64,000 nucleotides of DNA. Source: Ruminococcaceae bacterium UBA5295. Lineage in GTDB: Bacteria > Bacillota > Clostridia > Oscillospirales > Acutalibacteraceae. Position 1 is the stretch's first letter, and every line of letters starts with the position of its first letter. The notes below the pieces were generated by a model. It did not search any database. It saw only the letters and a list, made by a program, of their open reading frames with translations, and was not told the origin of the DNA. This document shows, one piece after another, positions 40,854 to 52,886 of the stretch. A program made the position numbers and the translations under genes. The DNA is taken from assembly GCA_002411365.1 (NCBI GenBank), contig DHSD01000027.1, positions 40,606 to 104,605 on the forward strand, given 5' to 3'.

Positions 40854-42167
40854 ATGGAATCTTTTTCGGAAGTATGGAATCTGGTCTGCGCTTACTGCAA
40901 AAGCCGGATTACGGAAATTGCTTTTTCTACATGGATAAGCAGAATTGAGCCCGTCACCCTTGACTTTACAAGTGGCGTAGCGGTGCTTAGAGTTCCTAAT
41001 GAGCTCCATCGCCAGACCATTATGCATTATTATATGGATCTTCTTGAAGAGGCTTTCCGTGAAATTTTCAGCCAGGAAATCCAAATACGCATTGTTACGC
41101 CAGAAGAAACTGCAAACGAAAAGAAAAAAAAAGAAGAGATACCTTCAAACGAAAATTACGAATTCACATTCGATACATTTATTGTAGGCCCGTCAAACAA
41201 GTTTGCGCACGCCGCCTCAATGGCAGTTGCAAACAAGCCGGCGGCCCTTTATAACCCTCTTTTTATATATGGTAACTCAGGCCTTGGCAAAACACACCTA
41301 CTTTACGCAATCAGAAACGAAATAAGCCATACACATCCTGAAATGGACATTGTATATATAAAAGGCGACGAGTTCACAAACGAACTGATCGAAGCTATCA
41401 GGCGAGGCACAACAGGTGATTTTCACCAGCGCTACCGGCATGCCGACGTCCTTCTTGTAGACGATATCCAGTTTATTGCCGGCAAGGAGTCAACACAGGA
41501 AGAGTTCTTCCATACTTTCAATACATTATATGAGGCAAAAAAGCAGATAGTCTTGACCTCAGACCGTCCGCCAAAAGATATTGCCACACTGGAAGAACGC
41601 CTGCTTACAAGATTTGAATGGGGCCTTACTGCAGATATACAGCCGCCTGACTTTGAAACACGCATTGCCATCATAAAGCGCAAAGCGGAACTCCTGCAGA
41701 TTGAGCTTCCTGACAATGTCATCGAATACATAGCCAACAGGCTGAAAAACAATATACGCCAGCTTGAAGGCGCCGTGAAAAAGATGAAGGCATTCCATCT
41801 TCTTAACGGCGATTCATATAATATCCAGACAGCGCAGGCTGCCATACGCGACATAATAAACAACGACCAGCCAACACCGCTTACAGTAGAAAAAATAATC
41901 GACGAAGTAGCGCGCACATTTGGCACAACGGGAGAAGACATACGCTCTTCAAAGCGTGCAGCGACAATTTCAAGTGCAAGGCAGGTAGCCATGTATGTTG
42001 TGCGCGAGATAACACAGATGCCAATGCAGGCAATAGGCCGGGAGTTTGGCGGGCGCGACCACTCTACAGTTGTCTACGCCATACAGCAGGTAGAGAAAAA
42101 TGCAGCCAAAGACCCGAAGATAAAGGCAACAGTTGACGACATTATTAAAAATATACGCGACCGTTAG
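40854..42167 (+). CDS. dnaA: Chromosomal replication initiator DnaA
   Basis: YNPLFIYGNSGLGKTHLL, DDIQF, QEEFFHTFN and GGRDHSTV motifs. Confidence 0.99.
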   Translation: MESFSEVWNLVCAYCKSRITEIAFSTWISRIEPVTLDFTSGVAVLRVPNELHRQTIMHYYMDLLEEAFREIFSQEIQIRIVTPEETANEKKKKEEIPSNENYEFTFDTFIVGPSNKFAHAASMAVANKPAALYNPLFIYGNSGLGKTHLLYAIRNEISHTHPEMDIVYIKGDEFTNELIEAIRRGTTGDFHQRYRHADVLLVDDIQFIAGKESTQEEFFHTFNTLYEAKKQIVLTSDRPPKDIATLEERLLTRFEWGLTADIQPPDFETRIAIIKRKAELLQIELPDNVIEYIANRLKNNIRQLEGAVKKMKAFHLLNGDSYNIQTAQAAIRDIINNDQPTPLTVEKIIDEVARTFGTTGEDIRSSKRAATISSARQVAMYVVREITQMPMQAIGREFGGRDHSTVVYAIQQVEKNAAKDPKIKATVDDIIKNIRDR

Positions 42168-42490
42168 TAATTTTTTAAAATGCCAAAAAGTTAAGATATA
42201 TTTTAACTTTTAACTTTTTAGTTGAAAAGCATAAAAATCAGTTTATAAATCTCAGGCGACTTTTAAACTAAATTTTCAACTTTCCCCACAAGGTTTTCAA
42301 CATACAGTTAAATATTCATTTTCCAGTTTTCTTTTCAACATTTTCCAAACATTCAAAAGCTGAAAAAATGATACAAAAAAATCGATGAATACTGAGTTTT
42401 CACCTGTTTTCAACATTTCAGCATATACTACTCCTAATGCTGAAAAATATCTTACTTACTCGATTAAAAACGGAGGCGGATAATTCCGAC
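42168..42490. other. Replication origin oriC (dnaA-dnaN part with unwinding element)
   Basis: AT-rich intergenic region; repeated TTTTCAAC(A/T) boxes at 42220, 42273, 42294, 42332 and 42407; DnaA-trio-like tactactcctaatgc at 42426-42440; gene strand switch nearby. Confidence 0.85.
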
Positions 42491-43603
42491 ATGAAGTTTA
42501 CCTGTGACAGACAAAAACTAAACGAAGCCGTGTTGAATGTTCAACGCGCCGTATCGTCAAAATCATCTATCCCGGCACTTGAGGGCATTCTTCTTACAGC
42601 AAAAACAAATGCGGTGCAACTGTGCGGATTTGACCTTGAGATCGGCATGACGACGGAAATAGAAGCCGATGTTGAAGAAGAAGGCAGCATTGTCGTAGGG
42701 GCTAAACTGTTCGGTGACATCGTGCACCGCCTTCCAGCACAGAAAGTAACATTTTCAGCCGACGACAAACAGATAACGCAGATAAAAAGCGGAGAAGCAA
42801 AATTCTCAATAACAGGTATTTCTGCTGAAGAATACCCTGAGTTTCCCAAAATAAACAGCGAAAAAAGTGCTAAACTCCCTTCAAAAATACTGAAGGGCAT
42901 GATAAGGCAGACAATATTCGCCGTAGCGGAAAACGACGCAAAACCCGTATATACCGGCACGCTGTTTGAAATTTCTGACGGGAAAGTAAGGCTCGTCTCT
43001 GTTGACGGTTACAGGCTTGCCATAAGGGAAGAAAAAGTCTCGGATAAAGAAAAAGCGAGTTTCGTAGTCCCTGGGAAAACACTTAATGAAGTCATGAAGC
43101 TGCTTAGCGACAGCGACGACGAGGTTGAACTCCTTATAGGTATGCGCCACATAATGTTCCACATAGGAAATTACACGGTCATCTCGCGCCTGCTTGAAGG
43201 CGATTTTCTCGATTGGCATGCTGCAATACCGAAAGAATCGTCAACAGAAGTGCGCGTTTCTGTACCTGAATTTATCAGTTCACTTGAGCGTGTATCGCTG
43301 CTTATTACAGAGCGGCTCCGCAGCCCGGCAAGGTGCACGTTCAGCAGTGACGGGAGTATCAGGCTTTCGTGCGCTACTGCAATAGGCCGCGCAAACGACA
43401 GGCTGCCGGCAACAATTTCAGGCAACAAAGTTGAAATAGGCTTTAACAATCACTACATGCTCGACGCCCTGCGCAATACCGAATGCGATGAGGTCCGCAT
43501 AAGCCTTAACGGGCCGCTTAGCCCTATTACCATACGGCCGTGCGAAGGCGATTCTTTCCTGTTTCTCGTACTGCCGGTGCGCTTGAAGAGCGGTGATGAA
43601 TAA
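42491..43603 (+). CDS. dnaN: DNA polymerase III beta sliding clamp
   Basis: MKF.., VSVDGYRLA, SRLLEGDF, IGFN..Y and LVLPVR motifs; ATG at 42491 after GGAGG. Confidence 0.98.
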   Translation: MKFTCDRQKLNEAVLNVQRAVSSKSSIPALEGILLTAKTNAVQLCGFDLEIGMTTEIEADVEEEGSIVVGAKLFGDIVHRLPAQKVTFSADDKQITQIKSGEAKFSITGISAEEYPEFPKINSEKSAKLPSKILKGMIRQTIFAVAENDAKPVYTGTLFEISDGKVRLVSVDGYRLAIREEKVSDKEKASFVVPGKTLNEVMKLLSDSDDEVELLIGMRHIMFHIGNYTVISRLLEGDFLDWHAAIPKESSTEVRVSVPEFISSLERVSLLITERLRSPARCTFSSDGSIRLSCATAIGRANDRLPATISGNKVEIGFNNHYMLDALRNTECDEVRISLNGPLSPITIRPCEGDSFLFLVLPVRLKSGDE

Positions 43604-43822
43604 TTGGAATCTGTAAAAAGGGCTATCTCCACAGAGTATATAAGGCTGGACAGTTTTCTTAAGCTGTGCGGTGCTTTCGAAACAGGCGGGCAATCAAAAG
43701 CTGCTATCCAGGGCGGAGAAGTAAAAGTAAACGGTGAGACATGCTATATGCGTGGAAAGAAAATCAGGCCAGGTGACCGCGCCGAATACGGCGGAAAAAC
43801 CTACGAGGCGGTAAGCAAGTGA
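43604..43822 (+). CDS. yaaA: S4-domain protein YaaA
   Basis: EYIRLDSFLK..TGGQSK..VKVNGE..RGKKIRPGD. Confidence 0.93.
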   Translation: MESVKRAISTEYIRLDSFLKLCGAFETGGQSKAAIQGGEVKVNGETCYMRGKKIRPGDRAEYGGKTYEAVSK

Positions 43823-44898
43823 AAATCGAGCGCTTTTCATGGTGTAATTTCCGCAATCTCCAAAAAGGCGAGTTTGTGCCAGATAAGAACGTAAACGTGA
43901 TATACGGCAGGAATGCGCAGGGAAAAACAAATCTCCTTGAGGGAATGTGGCTTTTTACAGGTGAACGCTCTTTCCGCGGATCAAAGGATTCGGAGCTCCT
44001 GCACAACGGCTGCAGTTTAGGCGGGATAATGCTTAATTTTTACGCGGCAGGCAGAAGCCAGGCAGCAGAGATAAAAATTGCCGGCGGCCGGCGCACCGTT
44101 GAGCTTAACGGCATAAAAAAGCGTTCATGCACATCACTCATCGGTAAATTCTGCTCGGTTGTGTTTTCGCCTGAGCATCTTTCCCTCATTTACGGAGGCC
44201 CGGCGGGCCGCCGGAATTTTATGGATGCCGCCATATGCCAGATAAAGCCTGCCTATGCAGGGCTGTTTTCAGAATACAGCCGCTCGCTTGCACAGCGCAA
44301 TGCCTTGCTTAAGGATATCCCGAGCCATGCGGAACTTATGGATACGCTCGATATCTGGGATGAACGACTTGTCGAAGCCGGTATGAAGATAATGCGTGCA
44401 AGGTCGGCTTATGTAGAAAAAATTGCACCGTGTGCTGAAAAATTCTACAGTGGGATGTGCAGCGGCCGCGAAAAATTTTTGCTGAAGTACGAGCAAAACT
44501 CCCCTGATTTTGCATCAGCGTTGCAGAAATCGCGCCGCCAGGATATGCTTGCCGGCCATACATGCGTTGGGCCTCACCGCGATGATATTGCAATTATCAT
44601 TTCAGGCCTTGATGCTCGCGCTTATGGTTCGCAGGGCCAGAAACGCTCCGCCGTAATCGCCCTTAAACTTGCAGAAGCCGAAATGCTTAAAAAAGCCATA
44701 GGCGAAGCGCCTGTGATTTTTCTTGATGACGTCTTGAGCGAGCTTGATTCTGAACGCCAGAATTATCTTCTAAACAGGCTTGACGGCTTTCAGGTTTTTC
44801 TTACGTGCTGTGGGCCGGACATATCTCGTTTTCCCGGTTGCGGGGCAGTTTTTAAAGTCGAAGGCGGCAGGCCGGAAGCAGTATGTAACCTGCCGTAA
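43819..44898 (+). CDS. recF: DNA replication/repair protein RecF
   Basis: NFRN, GRNAQGKTNLLE, GPHRDD, GSQGQ and LDDVLSELD motifs. Confidence 0.97.
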   Translation: MKIERFSWCNFRNLQKGEFVPDKNVNVIYGRNAQGKTNLLEGMWLFTGERSFRGSKDSELLHNGCSLGGIMLNFYAAGRSQAAEIKIAGGRRTVELNGIKKRSCTSLIGKFCSVVFSPEHLSLIYGGPAGRRNFMDAAICQIKPAYAGLFSEYSRSLAQRNALLKDIPSHAELMDTLDIWDERLVEAGMKIMRARSAYVEKIAPCAEKFYSGMCSGREKFLLKYEQNSPDFASALQKSRRQDMLAGHTCVGPHRDDIAIIISGLDARAYGSQGQKRSAVIALKLAEAEMLKKAIGEAPVIFLDDVLSELDSERQNYLLNRLDGFQVFLTCCGPDISRFPGCGAVFKVEGGRPEAVCNLP

Positions 44899-44912
44899 TT
44901 TGGGGGAATCAA

Positions 44913-45194
44913 ATGTTTCTTCATCTTGGCCAGAATATTGTGATAAGCATGAAAGACATAATAGGCATTTTTGACTTGGAAACTTCGACTATCTCAGGCA
45001 CAACGCGCGACTATCTTGCATCAGCACAGAAAGCCGGAAATGTTATAAGCATTTCCGGAGATATGCCGAAATCGTTTATCCTGTGCAACAGTAAAGACGG
45101 GCGCACAACGGTATATACATCTCCCATTTCGACTTCAACTCTTCTTAAGCGTTCGTGCTTTTTAAGTGAATTACCAGGTTGTAAGGAGAATTGA
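44913..45194 (+). CDS. remB: RemB/DUF370-family protein
   Basis: MFLHLG..DIIGIFD..KSFI..SPISTSTLLKR; follows recF. Confidence 0.9.
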   Translation: MFLHLGQNIVISMKDIIGIFDLETSTISGTTRDYLASAQKAGNVISISGDMPKSFILCNSKDGRTTVYTSPISTSTLLKRSCFLSELPGCKEN

Positions 45195-45195
45195 C

Positions 45196-45702
45196 ATGAA
45201 ACAGCTTTGCGAACCGAAATGCCCTTACTGCGGCGATAAACTGAATTACGCTGAAACATGGGTGATGAAGCGCCACGGAGAATATATCTGCCCAAAATGC
45301 GGTGGAATATCTGATATTGTGCTCAGCTACGGAATTTATAGATTTGGTTTTGTCACTGTGATTATAGCCGCCGCGTTTTTTATAGCAGGCCTTATTTTCG
45401 GCGACAGTCTCACGTTTATAACGCTGCCTGGAATTTTTATTGTTTTTCTTATTTTCTTTCTACTTTCGCCGCTTATGGTGCGCCTTAGAAAAACAAACTT
45501 TAACAGACCGCAGAGCTCCCAAAAGACGCAGCGCTTCCAAAAGCTGCATGGCTTCCAGAATTCACAGAGTTACAATAATCCGCAGGGTTTCCAAAATTCA
45601 CGGGGCTTTCAAAGGCCGCAGGAACCAGAAAACCCGCAGGACTACCAGTACCAAGGGCCGCAGAATTATCCGCCACCGCAGCGCGGCCGGCATGTGCGCT
45701 GA
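45196..45702 (+). CDS. Zn-ribbon membrane protein with Q/N-rich repeat tail
   Basis: CPYC-x19-CPKC, two TM helices, AAGGAG RBS. Confidence 0.8.
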   Translation: MKQLCEPKCPYCGDKLNYAETWVMKRHGEYICPKCGGISDIVLSYGIYRFGFVTVIIAAAFFIAGLIFGDSLTFITLPGIFIVFLIFFLLSPLMVRLRKTNFNRPQSSQKTQRFQKLHGFQNSQSYNNPQGFQNSRGFQRPQEPENPQDYQYQGPQNYPPPQRGRHVR

Positions 45703-45714
45703 GAGTGCTGCACC

Positions 45715-46095
45715 ATGAAACTTCCTTTATGCCCTCACTGCGGGGCGCGCTTTCTCTATAATGACGTCAGGCGGAATATGTTACGCAGGTTTGGCAAATG
45801 CCCTCACTGCGGAAAAGGGTTTCGAATATCCAGGCGCATGCTTTTCATTTATATTCCAGCAGCTTTCTTTATGCTTTTTTTGGCCGATTTTTTTCTGCTT
45901 GGCATTCCGGATATGAATCTGATTTTTCTTATATCTGCCACTTCTGCCGGCATAGTCATCGCATATTTTCTTATGCCGTTTGCAATTAATTTTACAGCGA
46001 TATCTTCAAAAAAAGGAAAAAATCCGGCCAATGTCCTTTCAAACTCAGCAAAAGCAAGGAGACAGAATATTAAAAATAACGCAGGCTCCAAATGA
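45715..46095 (+). CDS. Zn-ribbon (cxxc_20_cxxc-like) membrane protein
   Basis: CPHC-x19-CPHC followed by two TM helices. Confidence 0.78.
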   Translation: MKLPLCPHCGARFLYNDVRRNMLRRFGKCPHCGKGFRISRRMLFIYIPAAFFMLFLADFFLLGIPDMNLIFLISATSAGIVIAYFLMPFAINFTAISSKKGKNPANVLSNSAKARRQNIKNNAGSK

Positions 46096-46187
46096 TGTCT
46101 GCTTTTTATATAAAAAATACGTTTTACCTGCGCTTTTCTGATTTTAAGGTCTGCAGGAATCTTTTTGCAGCCAGGCTTAAAGTCTAA

Positions 46188-48173
<1,986 letters not shown>

Positions 48174-48265
48174 GAAAAGCAGATATTACTATTCCTTTGC
48201 TTTTAAACGCTTCCGTAAATTTTTTCTGCTACAGCCTTTTTCAGAGTGCCGGAGAAGAAGGGAAA

Positions 48266-48847
48266 ATGAGAATGGCGAAACCAGCCAGCCCGTCAATAGT
48301 TGTCGAGCAGAAAGTGACGGCCGAAGATTACAGCCGCGCGGCCTCGGCAGTGCGTTATTTTTCAGCACCGTTTAAGCGGCGTTCTTTCAGGGCGCTGATT
48401 TTTATAACTGTTGCCGCAGTATCAGCTTCGCTGATCTTTTCATGCCGCAGCTGCGGTTTCGGAAGGGAAAAAATACCGGAAACAATTGCAATAATTTCTG
48501 CGGCAGTAGCGGCTGCCATATGGTTTTTGCAGCCGTCGGCAGAATTGCGCAGTGCAAAGCGCCTGTTTTCTTCATGCGCACTCATGTCGCTGCCTGAAAA
48601 AGTCACCGTTTACCGCGACCGCGTTGTAATAGAGAACAGCTGCGAGAGCATAACGGAATATTGGACTGACTTTTTTATATGCGTTGAAACAGATGAGATG
48701 ATTGCGGCCGCAGGCGGGCGGGAAAGATCCCTTGTCATAGTCAAAAAGCGCGGCCTTGCAGAAAAGCAGCTGAAAATCCTCTCTTCGCTTTTTGGCTATG
48801 CGTTTGAGGGCCGGATACACCGTTTCCCCGTAAGGAGGAAAAGCTGA
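48266..48847 (+). CDS. YcxB-like membrane protein
   Basis: Two TM helices followed by a beta-rich domain (YWTDF..CVETDE..IVKKR); start uncertain. Confidence 0.7.
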   Translation: MRMAKPASPSIVVEQKVTAEDYSRAASAVRYFSAPFKRRSFRALIFITVAAVSASLIFSCRSCGFGREKIPETIAIISAAVAAAIWFLQPSAELRSAKRLFSSCALMSLPEKVTVYRDRVVIENSCESITEYWTDFFICVETDEMIAAAGGRERSLVIVKKRGLAEKQLKILSSLFGYAFEGRIHRFPVRRKS

Positions 48848-49407
48848 TGAAACCTGTAACTGTAAGTTTTGCCATAACGCGCGAAGATTTTATCAAAGAG
48901 GCCGAAGCGCGCATGAAAATGCAGCTTACTGGTTCGGTGCGTGCCTGCATACGCATATGCGGCACCATTATGCTCTGCTTTGCATGTTCGATTTTTGTAC
49001 GGAAGAAAACTTTCTATGCCGACTTAAACTGGGCGGCAGCAGCAATTATGGTGGTTGCCGTTTTTCTCATTTTTCTTTTTATTCCTACTTTGGGCCTTGC
49101 CGTTAGAAAAAATGCCTCAGAGCGCTTTAAAGCAGGCAGCATAAAGGCTACCGCTAAAACGGTGTCATTTGCTGAAAACGCAGTGAAAATAAATGCCGAA
49201 AGGTATAAGGCAAAAATCCCTTACTCCATGTTATATGCGGTTTATGCCGATGAAGCGACTATTCTTTTATATACGGCCGTAAACGAATGCCGCAGCATTC
49301 CAAAGCGGACGATGAGCATAAGCGAGCAAGAGCAGGTCGAAGGCCTGCTTGCCAGTAAGCTGAAACAGAAATTTAAGCAGGAAGGTGCCCGTGAATGGAT
49401 GAGATAG
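48847..49407 (+). CDS. YcxB-like membrane protein
   Basis: Two TM helices and the C-terminal IPY..IPKR pattern; overlaps both neighbours. Confidence 0.75.
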   Translation: MKPVTVSFAITREDFIKEAEARMKMQLTGSVRACIRICGTIMLCFACSIFVRKKTFYADLNWAAAAIMVVAVFLIFLFIPTLGLAVRKNASERFKAGSIKATAKTVSFAENAVKINAERYKAKIPYSMLYAVYADEATILLYTAVNECRSIPKRTMSISEQEQVEGLLASKLKQKFKQEGAREWMR

Positions 49408-51959
49408 AAGAAAACTCGAAAATAATAAACGTCGACCTTGCGAAAGAGGTAAAGGATTCGTTCCTGGACTACTCGATGTCCGTTATTGTGGAACGAGCCC
49501 TGCCGGACGTGAGGGACGGCCTTAAACCTGTGCACCGCCGCATTCTTTACACGATGTATGAAAACGGCCTTATGCCGGACAAGCCTTACCGTAAATGCGC
49601 GGACACGGTCGGTGCGGTCCTTGGCCGCTACCACCCGCACGGTGACGCTTCCGTTTATGATGCCCTCGTGCGTCTTGCACAGAATTTCTCAATGCGCTAC
49701 CTGCTTGTGGACGGGCACGGAAATTTTGGCTCCGTAGACGGTGACCCTCCGGCAGCCTACCGTTACACAGAGGCGCGCATGAGCAAAGTCGCGGTTGAGA
49801 TGCTGCAGGATATCGATAAGGACACTGTCGATTTCCAGGCAAACTACGACGACCGGCTTAAAGAACCCATAGTCCTGCCGAGCCATTTTCCAAACCTTCT
49901 CGTGAACGGCTCTACAGGTATAGCCGTAGGCATGGCAACGAATATCCCGCCGCATAACATGAGCGAGATAATAGACGGCGTATGCACGCTTATAGATAAC
50001 CCTGACGCCACGCTTGACGAGCTTATGGAGAGCATTAAAGGCCCCGACTTCCCTACTGGCGGCATAATTATGGGCCGCAGCGGCATACGTGCGGCGTATG
50101 CTACAGGCAGGGGAAAAATCATTGTCCGCGCGCTCGCCGAGATAGAAGAAGAAAAAAACAACCGCTTCCAGATAATCGTTACGGAGCTGCCGTACCAGGT
50201 AAACAAGGCGCGCCTCATAAAGAGCATAGCGGACCTTGTAAAAGAAAAGCGCATAGAGGGCATAACGAATATCGAGGACCATTCCGACCGCGAAGGCATG
50301 CGCATTGTAATTTCCGTCCGGCGCGATGCGTCGCCGCAGATAGTGCTGAACCGCCTTTTCAAATATACGCAGATGCAGATATCGTACGGCGTTATAATGC
50401 TTGCAATAGTAAACAGGGAGCCTAAGCTTCTTACGCTAAAGCAGATACTTCAGGAGTATATCAATTTTCAGGAAGAAGTAGTCCGCCGCCGCACGTCGTT
50501 TGAGCTTAGAAAAGCGCAGGAGCGTGCACATATACTCGAAGGGCTGAAAGTAGCTGTAAACAACATAGACGAAGTAGTCCGCATTATACGCTCATCAAAG
50601 TCTGTGCCGGAAGCACGGCAGAAACTGAGCATACGCTTTGCCCTTGACGATGTGCAGACGCAGGCCATAGTACAGATGCCACTCGGGCGCCTTACCGGCC
50701 TTGAGCGTGAAAAGCTTGAAAAAGAGCTCGGCGTCCTCCTTGGAAAAATCGCGGATTACAAAGACATCCTTGCACACGAGGAACGCGTGCTCAGCATTGT
50801 GAAATCTGAAGCCATTGCGGTTAAGCAGAAATTCGGTGATAAGCGCCGCACAGAGATACAGGCTGTCAGCGGCGAGATGGACATAGAGGACCTTATCCCG
50901 GATGAAGAGTGTATGCTTACGCTTACGGAGTTCGGCTATGTAAAGCGCCAGAACCCGGATACGTACCGCACACAGCACCGCGGTGGGCGCGGTGTAAGCG
51001 GTATGACGCGCCGTGAAGAGGACGTTGCTTCGTACATGTTCCTCACGCGTACGCATGACTATGTGATGTTCTTTACGAGTTTCGGGCGTGCCTACAAGCT
51101 TAAGAGCTATGAAATACCCGAAGGCTCGCGCACCGGCAAGGGCGTGAATATCGCCAACCTGCTGCCTATAGCGCAGGACGAAAAAGTTACGTCGATGATA
51201 CGCGTGCAGAGCTTTGACGAAGATAAATACCTTGTTATGGTGACGAAAAACGGCGTCATAAAGCGCACGCACCTTTCGGACTTCAGCACAACGCGCAAGG
51301 GCGGCGTTATTGCCGTAAACCTTGATGAGAACGATGAGCTCTCATGGGTACGCCTGACAGAAGGCAGCAGTGATCTGCTTGTTGCCACGCGCCTTGGCAT
51401 GGCTATAAGGTTTGATGAAAATGACGTTCGTGCAATGGGCCGCGCGGCGCGCGGCGTGCGGGCAATCTCGCTGAAAAACGGCGACAGTGTAATCGGTATG
51501 TGCGTGCTTCCTGAAGATGGGCTTGTGCTCACTGTTTCTGAAACAGGGTTTGGGCGGCTTTCGCCAGTAAGCAACTACCATCTGCAGCACCGCAGCGGCC
51601 TTGGCGTGCTTAATTACCACACAACCAAGTATGGCAAAGTCGCTTCCATACAAATTGTAGACCCGCTTAAAGACGACGTCATACTTATTTCTTTAAACGG
51701 TATAATTATCCGTATTCACGCGGATTCCATAAATATCCATGCGCGCCCATCAAAAGGCGTCATGCTCATGCGCCTTGCGGAAGGTAACCGCGTTGTAACT
51801 ACAGCGCGCACAGACCGCAGTGACGACGAGGAAACGTTGCAGCCAGAAGACGACGGCAGCGCCGACGAAGGCGCAGAGGTTCCCGAAGAGCAGAAAGAAG
51901 AAAAAGAAGATAAACAAGAGCCAGCCGAGGAAACGGACGGCTCGGAACCTGAGAAATAA
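49395..51959 (+). CDS. gyrA: DNA gyrase subunit A
   Basis: [29 protein letters not shown], GyrA-box QHRGGRG and an acidic tail. Confidence 0.99.
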   Translation: MDEIEENSKIINVDLAKEVKDSFLDYSMSVIVERALPDVRDGLKPVHRRILYTMYENGLMPDKPYRKCADTVGAVLGRYHPHGDASVYDALVRLAQNFSMRYLLVDGHGNFGSVDGDPPAAYRYTEARMSKVAVEMLQDIDKDTVDFQANYDDRLKEPIVLPSHFPNLLVNGSTGIAVGMATNIPPHNMSEIIDGVCTLIDNPDATLDELMESIKGPDFPTGGIIMGRSGIRAAYATGRGKIIVRALAEIEEEKNNRFQIIVTELPYQVNKARLIKSIADLVKEKRIEGITNIEDHSDREGMRIVISVRRDASPQIVLNRLFKYTQMQISYGVIMLAIVNREPKLLTLKQILQEYINFQEEVVRRRTSFELRKAQERAHILEGLKVAVNNIDEVVRIIRSSKSVPEARQKLSIRFALDDVQTQAIVQMPLGRLTGLEREKLEKELGVLLGKIADYKDILAHEERVLSIVKSEAIAVKQKFGDKRRTEIQAVSGEMDIEDLIPDEECMLTLTEFGYVKRQNPDTYRTQHRGGRGVSGMTRREEDVASYMFLTRTHDYVMFFTSFGRAYKLKSYEIPEGSRTGKGVNIANLLPIAQDEKVTSMIRVQSFDEDKYLVMVTKNGVIKRTHLSDFSTTRKGGVIAVNLDENDELSWVRLTEGSSDLLVATRLGMAIRFDENDVRAMGRAARGVRAISLKNGDSVIGMCVLPEDGLVLTVSETGFGRLSPVSNYHLQHRSGLGVLNYHTTKYGKVASIQIVDPLKDDVILISLNGIIIRIHADSINIHARPSKGVMLMRLAEGNRVVTTARTDRSDDEETLQPEDDGSADEGAEVPEEQKEEKEDKQEPAEETDGSEPEK

Positions 51960-51968
51960 AGAGGTGCA

Positions 51969-52685
51969 GTGATGAAAAAGGCTGTTCCGTTTTTTATGGC
52001 AGCGCTTTGTGCGGCAGTTTTATTTTCAGGGTGCTCATTTCAGCATGGTGCTTCTTCTGCGGCGCAGCTACCAGCAAATTCTTCTTCAAGCCATACCGGT
52101 TCTGTGACGCTAATTGTGAATTCCGCCCCTTCGGGTGCATCCCAAAGTTCATCTCAAGGTTCGTCTGAAAGTACGGCTTCTTCTGAAAACCTGCCTAATA
52201 AAAAAAATACCGCAGGTAGTCCCACAAATGACGTAACACGCGAGAAAACAGTCTCCCAAGGCAGCATTGTGAAGCCTGAGAGTACAGACAGCAGTAAATT
52301 TAACAAAAAGTTTAAAGATAATCCGGTAGATAGGCATTATGTTTCTGAGATAAACGACGCTGTTTCGAATATCGAGATTGTAAAAGTTTCTGACAAGTAT
52401 GTTGGCCTGTGGGAAAAAGAAATAGCCCATGCGTGTTCGGAGCTTAAAAACAAGGCTGGAAGTTCGGCATGGAAACAAATCGAGGCTGACCAAAAAGGCT
52501 GGGAAAATGGCAAAGTTACCGCAATACAGAAAATAAGTGAAGATGCGAAGGCCTCGGGCGGCAGCATGGCGCAGGCCGAAGCGGCTTCAGGCGTAATGGA
52601 TTATTACCGTGACCGTGCCGCCCAGCTTTACCGCAGGCTGTTTGATTACGACAAAAATTATTCCTATGCCTTTTCCACAAATTGA
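51969..52685 (+). CDS. Lipoprotein with Ser-rich linker and LprI/DUF1311-like domain
   Basis: Lipobox FSGC; helical C-terminus W..E...EL..Q..W..R..L. Confidence 0.75.
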   Translation: MMKKAVPFFMAALCAAVLFSGCSFQHGASSAAQLPANSSSSHTGSVTLIVNSAPSGASQSSSQGSSESTASSENLPNKKNTAGSPTNDVTREKTVSQGSIVKPESTDSSKFNKKFKDNPVDRHYVSEINDAVSNIEIVKVSDKYVGLWEKEIAHACSELKNKAGSSAWKQIEADQKGWENGKVTAIQKISEDAKASGGSMAQAEAASGVMDYYRDRAAQLYRRLFDYDKNYSYAFSTN

Positions 52686-52886
52686 TGAAGGCGGCACCAC
52701 GCAGAAAGCAAGAAAGTTTTCAACGTAATAGCCTGTTATGGTTGAAAGAAAAGCCAATATTGACGTTTTTAAAGTAATACTCTGTCCACCACGGATTTTT
52801 AATGTTAGATAATCCGTTAAGTATAGATATATGTTGCACGGCTTTAACAGTGCAGCGGTAGATTTCCGTTATAAGGAGCCTGTTTT

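Noticed and set aside
42437-42490. N-terminal extension of DnaN
   Set aside because: It overlaps the origin unwinding region; GGAGG precedes the ATG at 42491.
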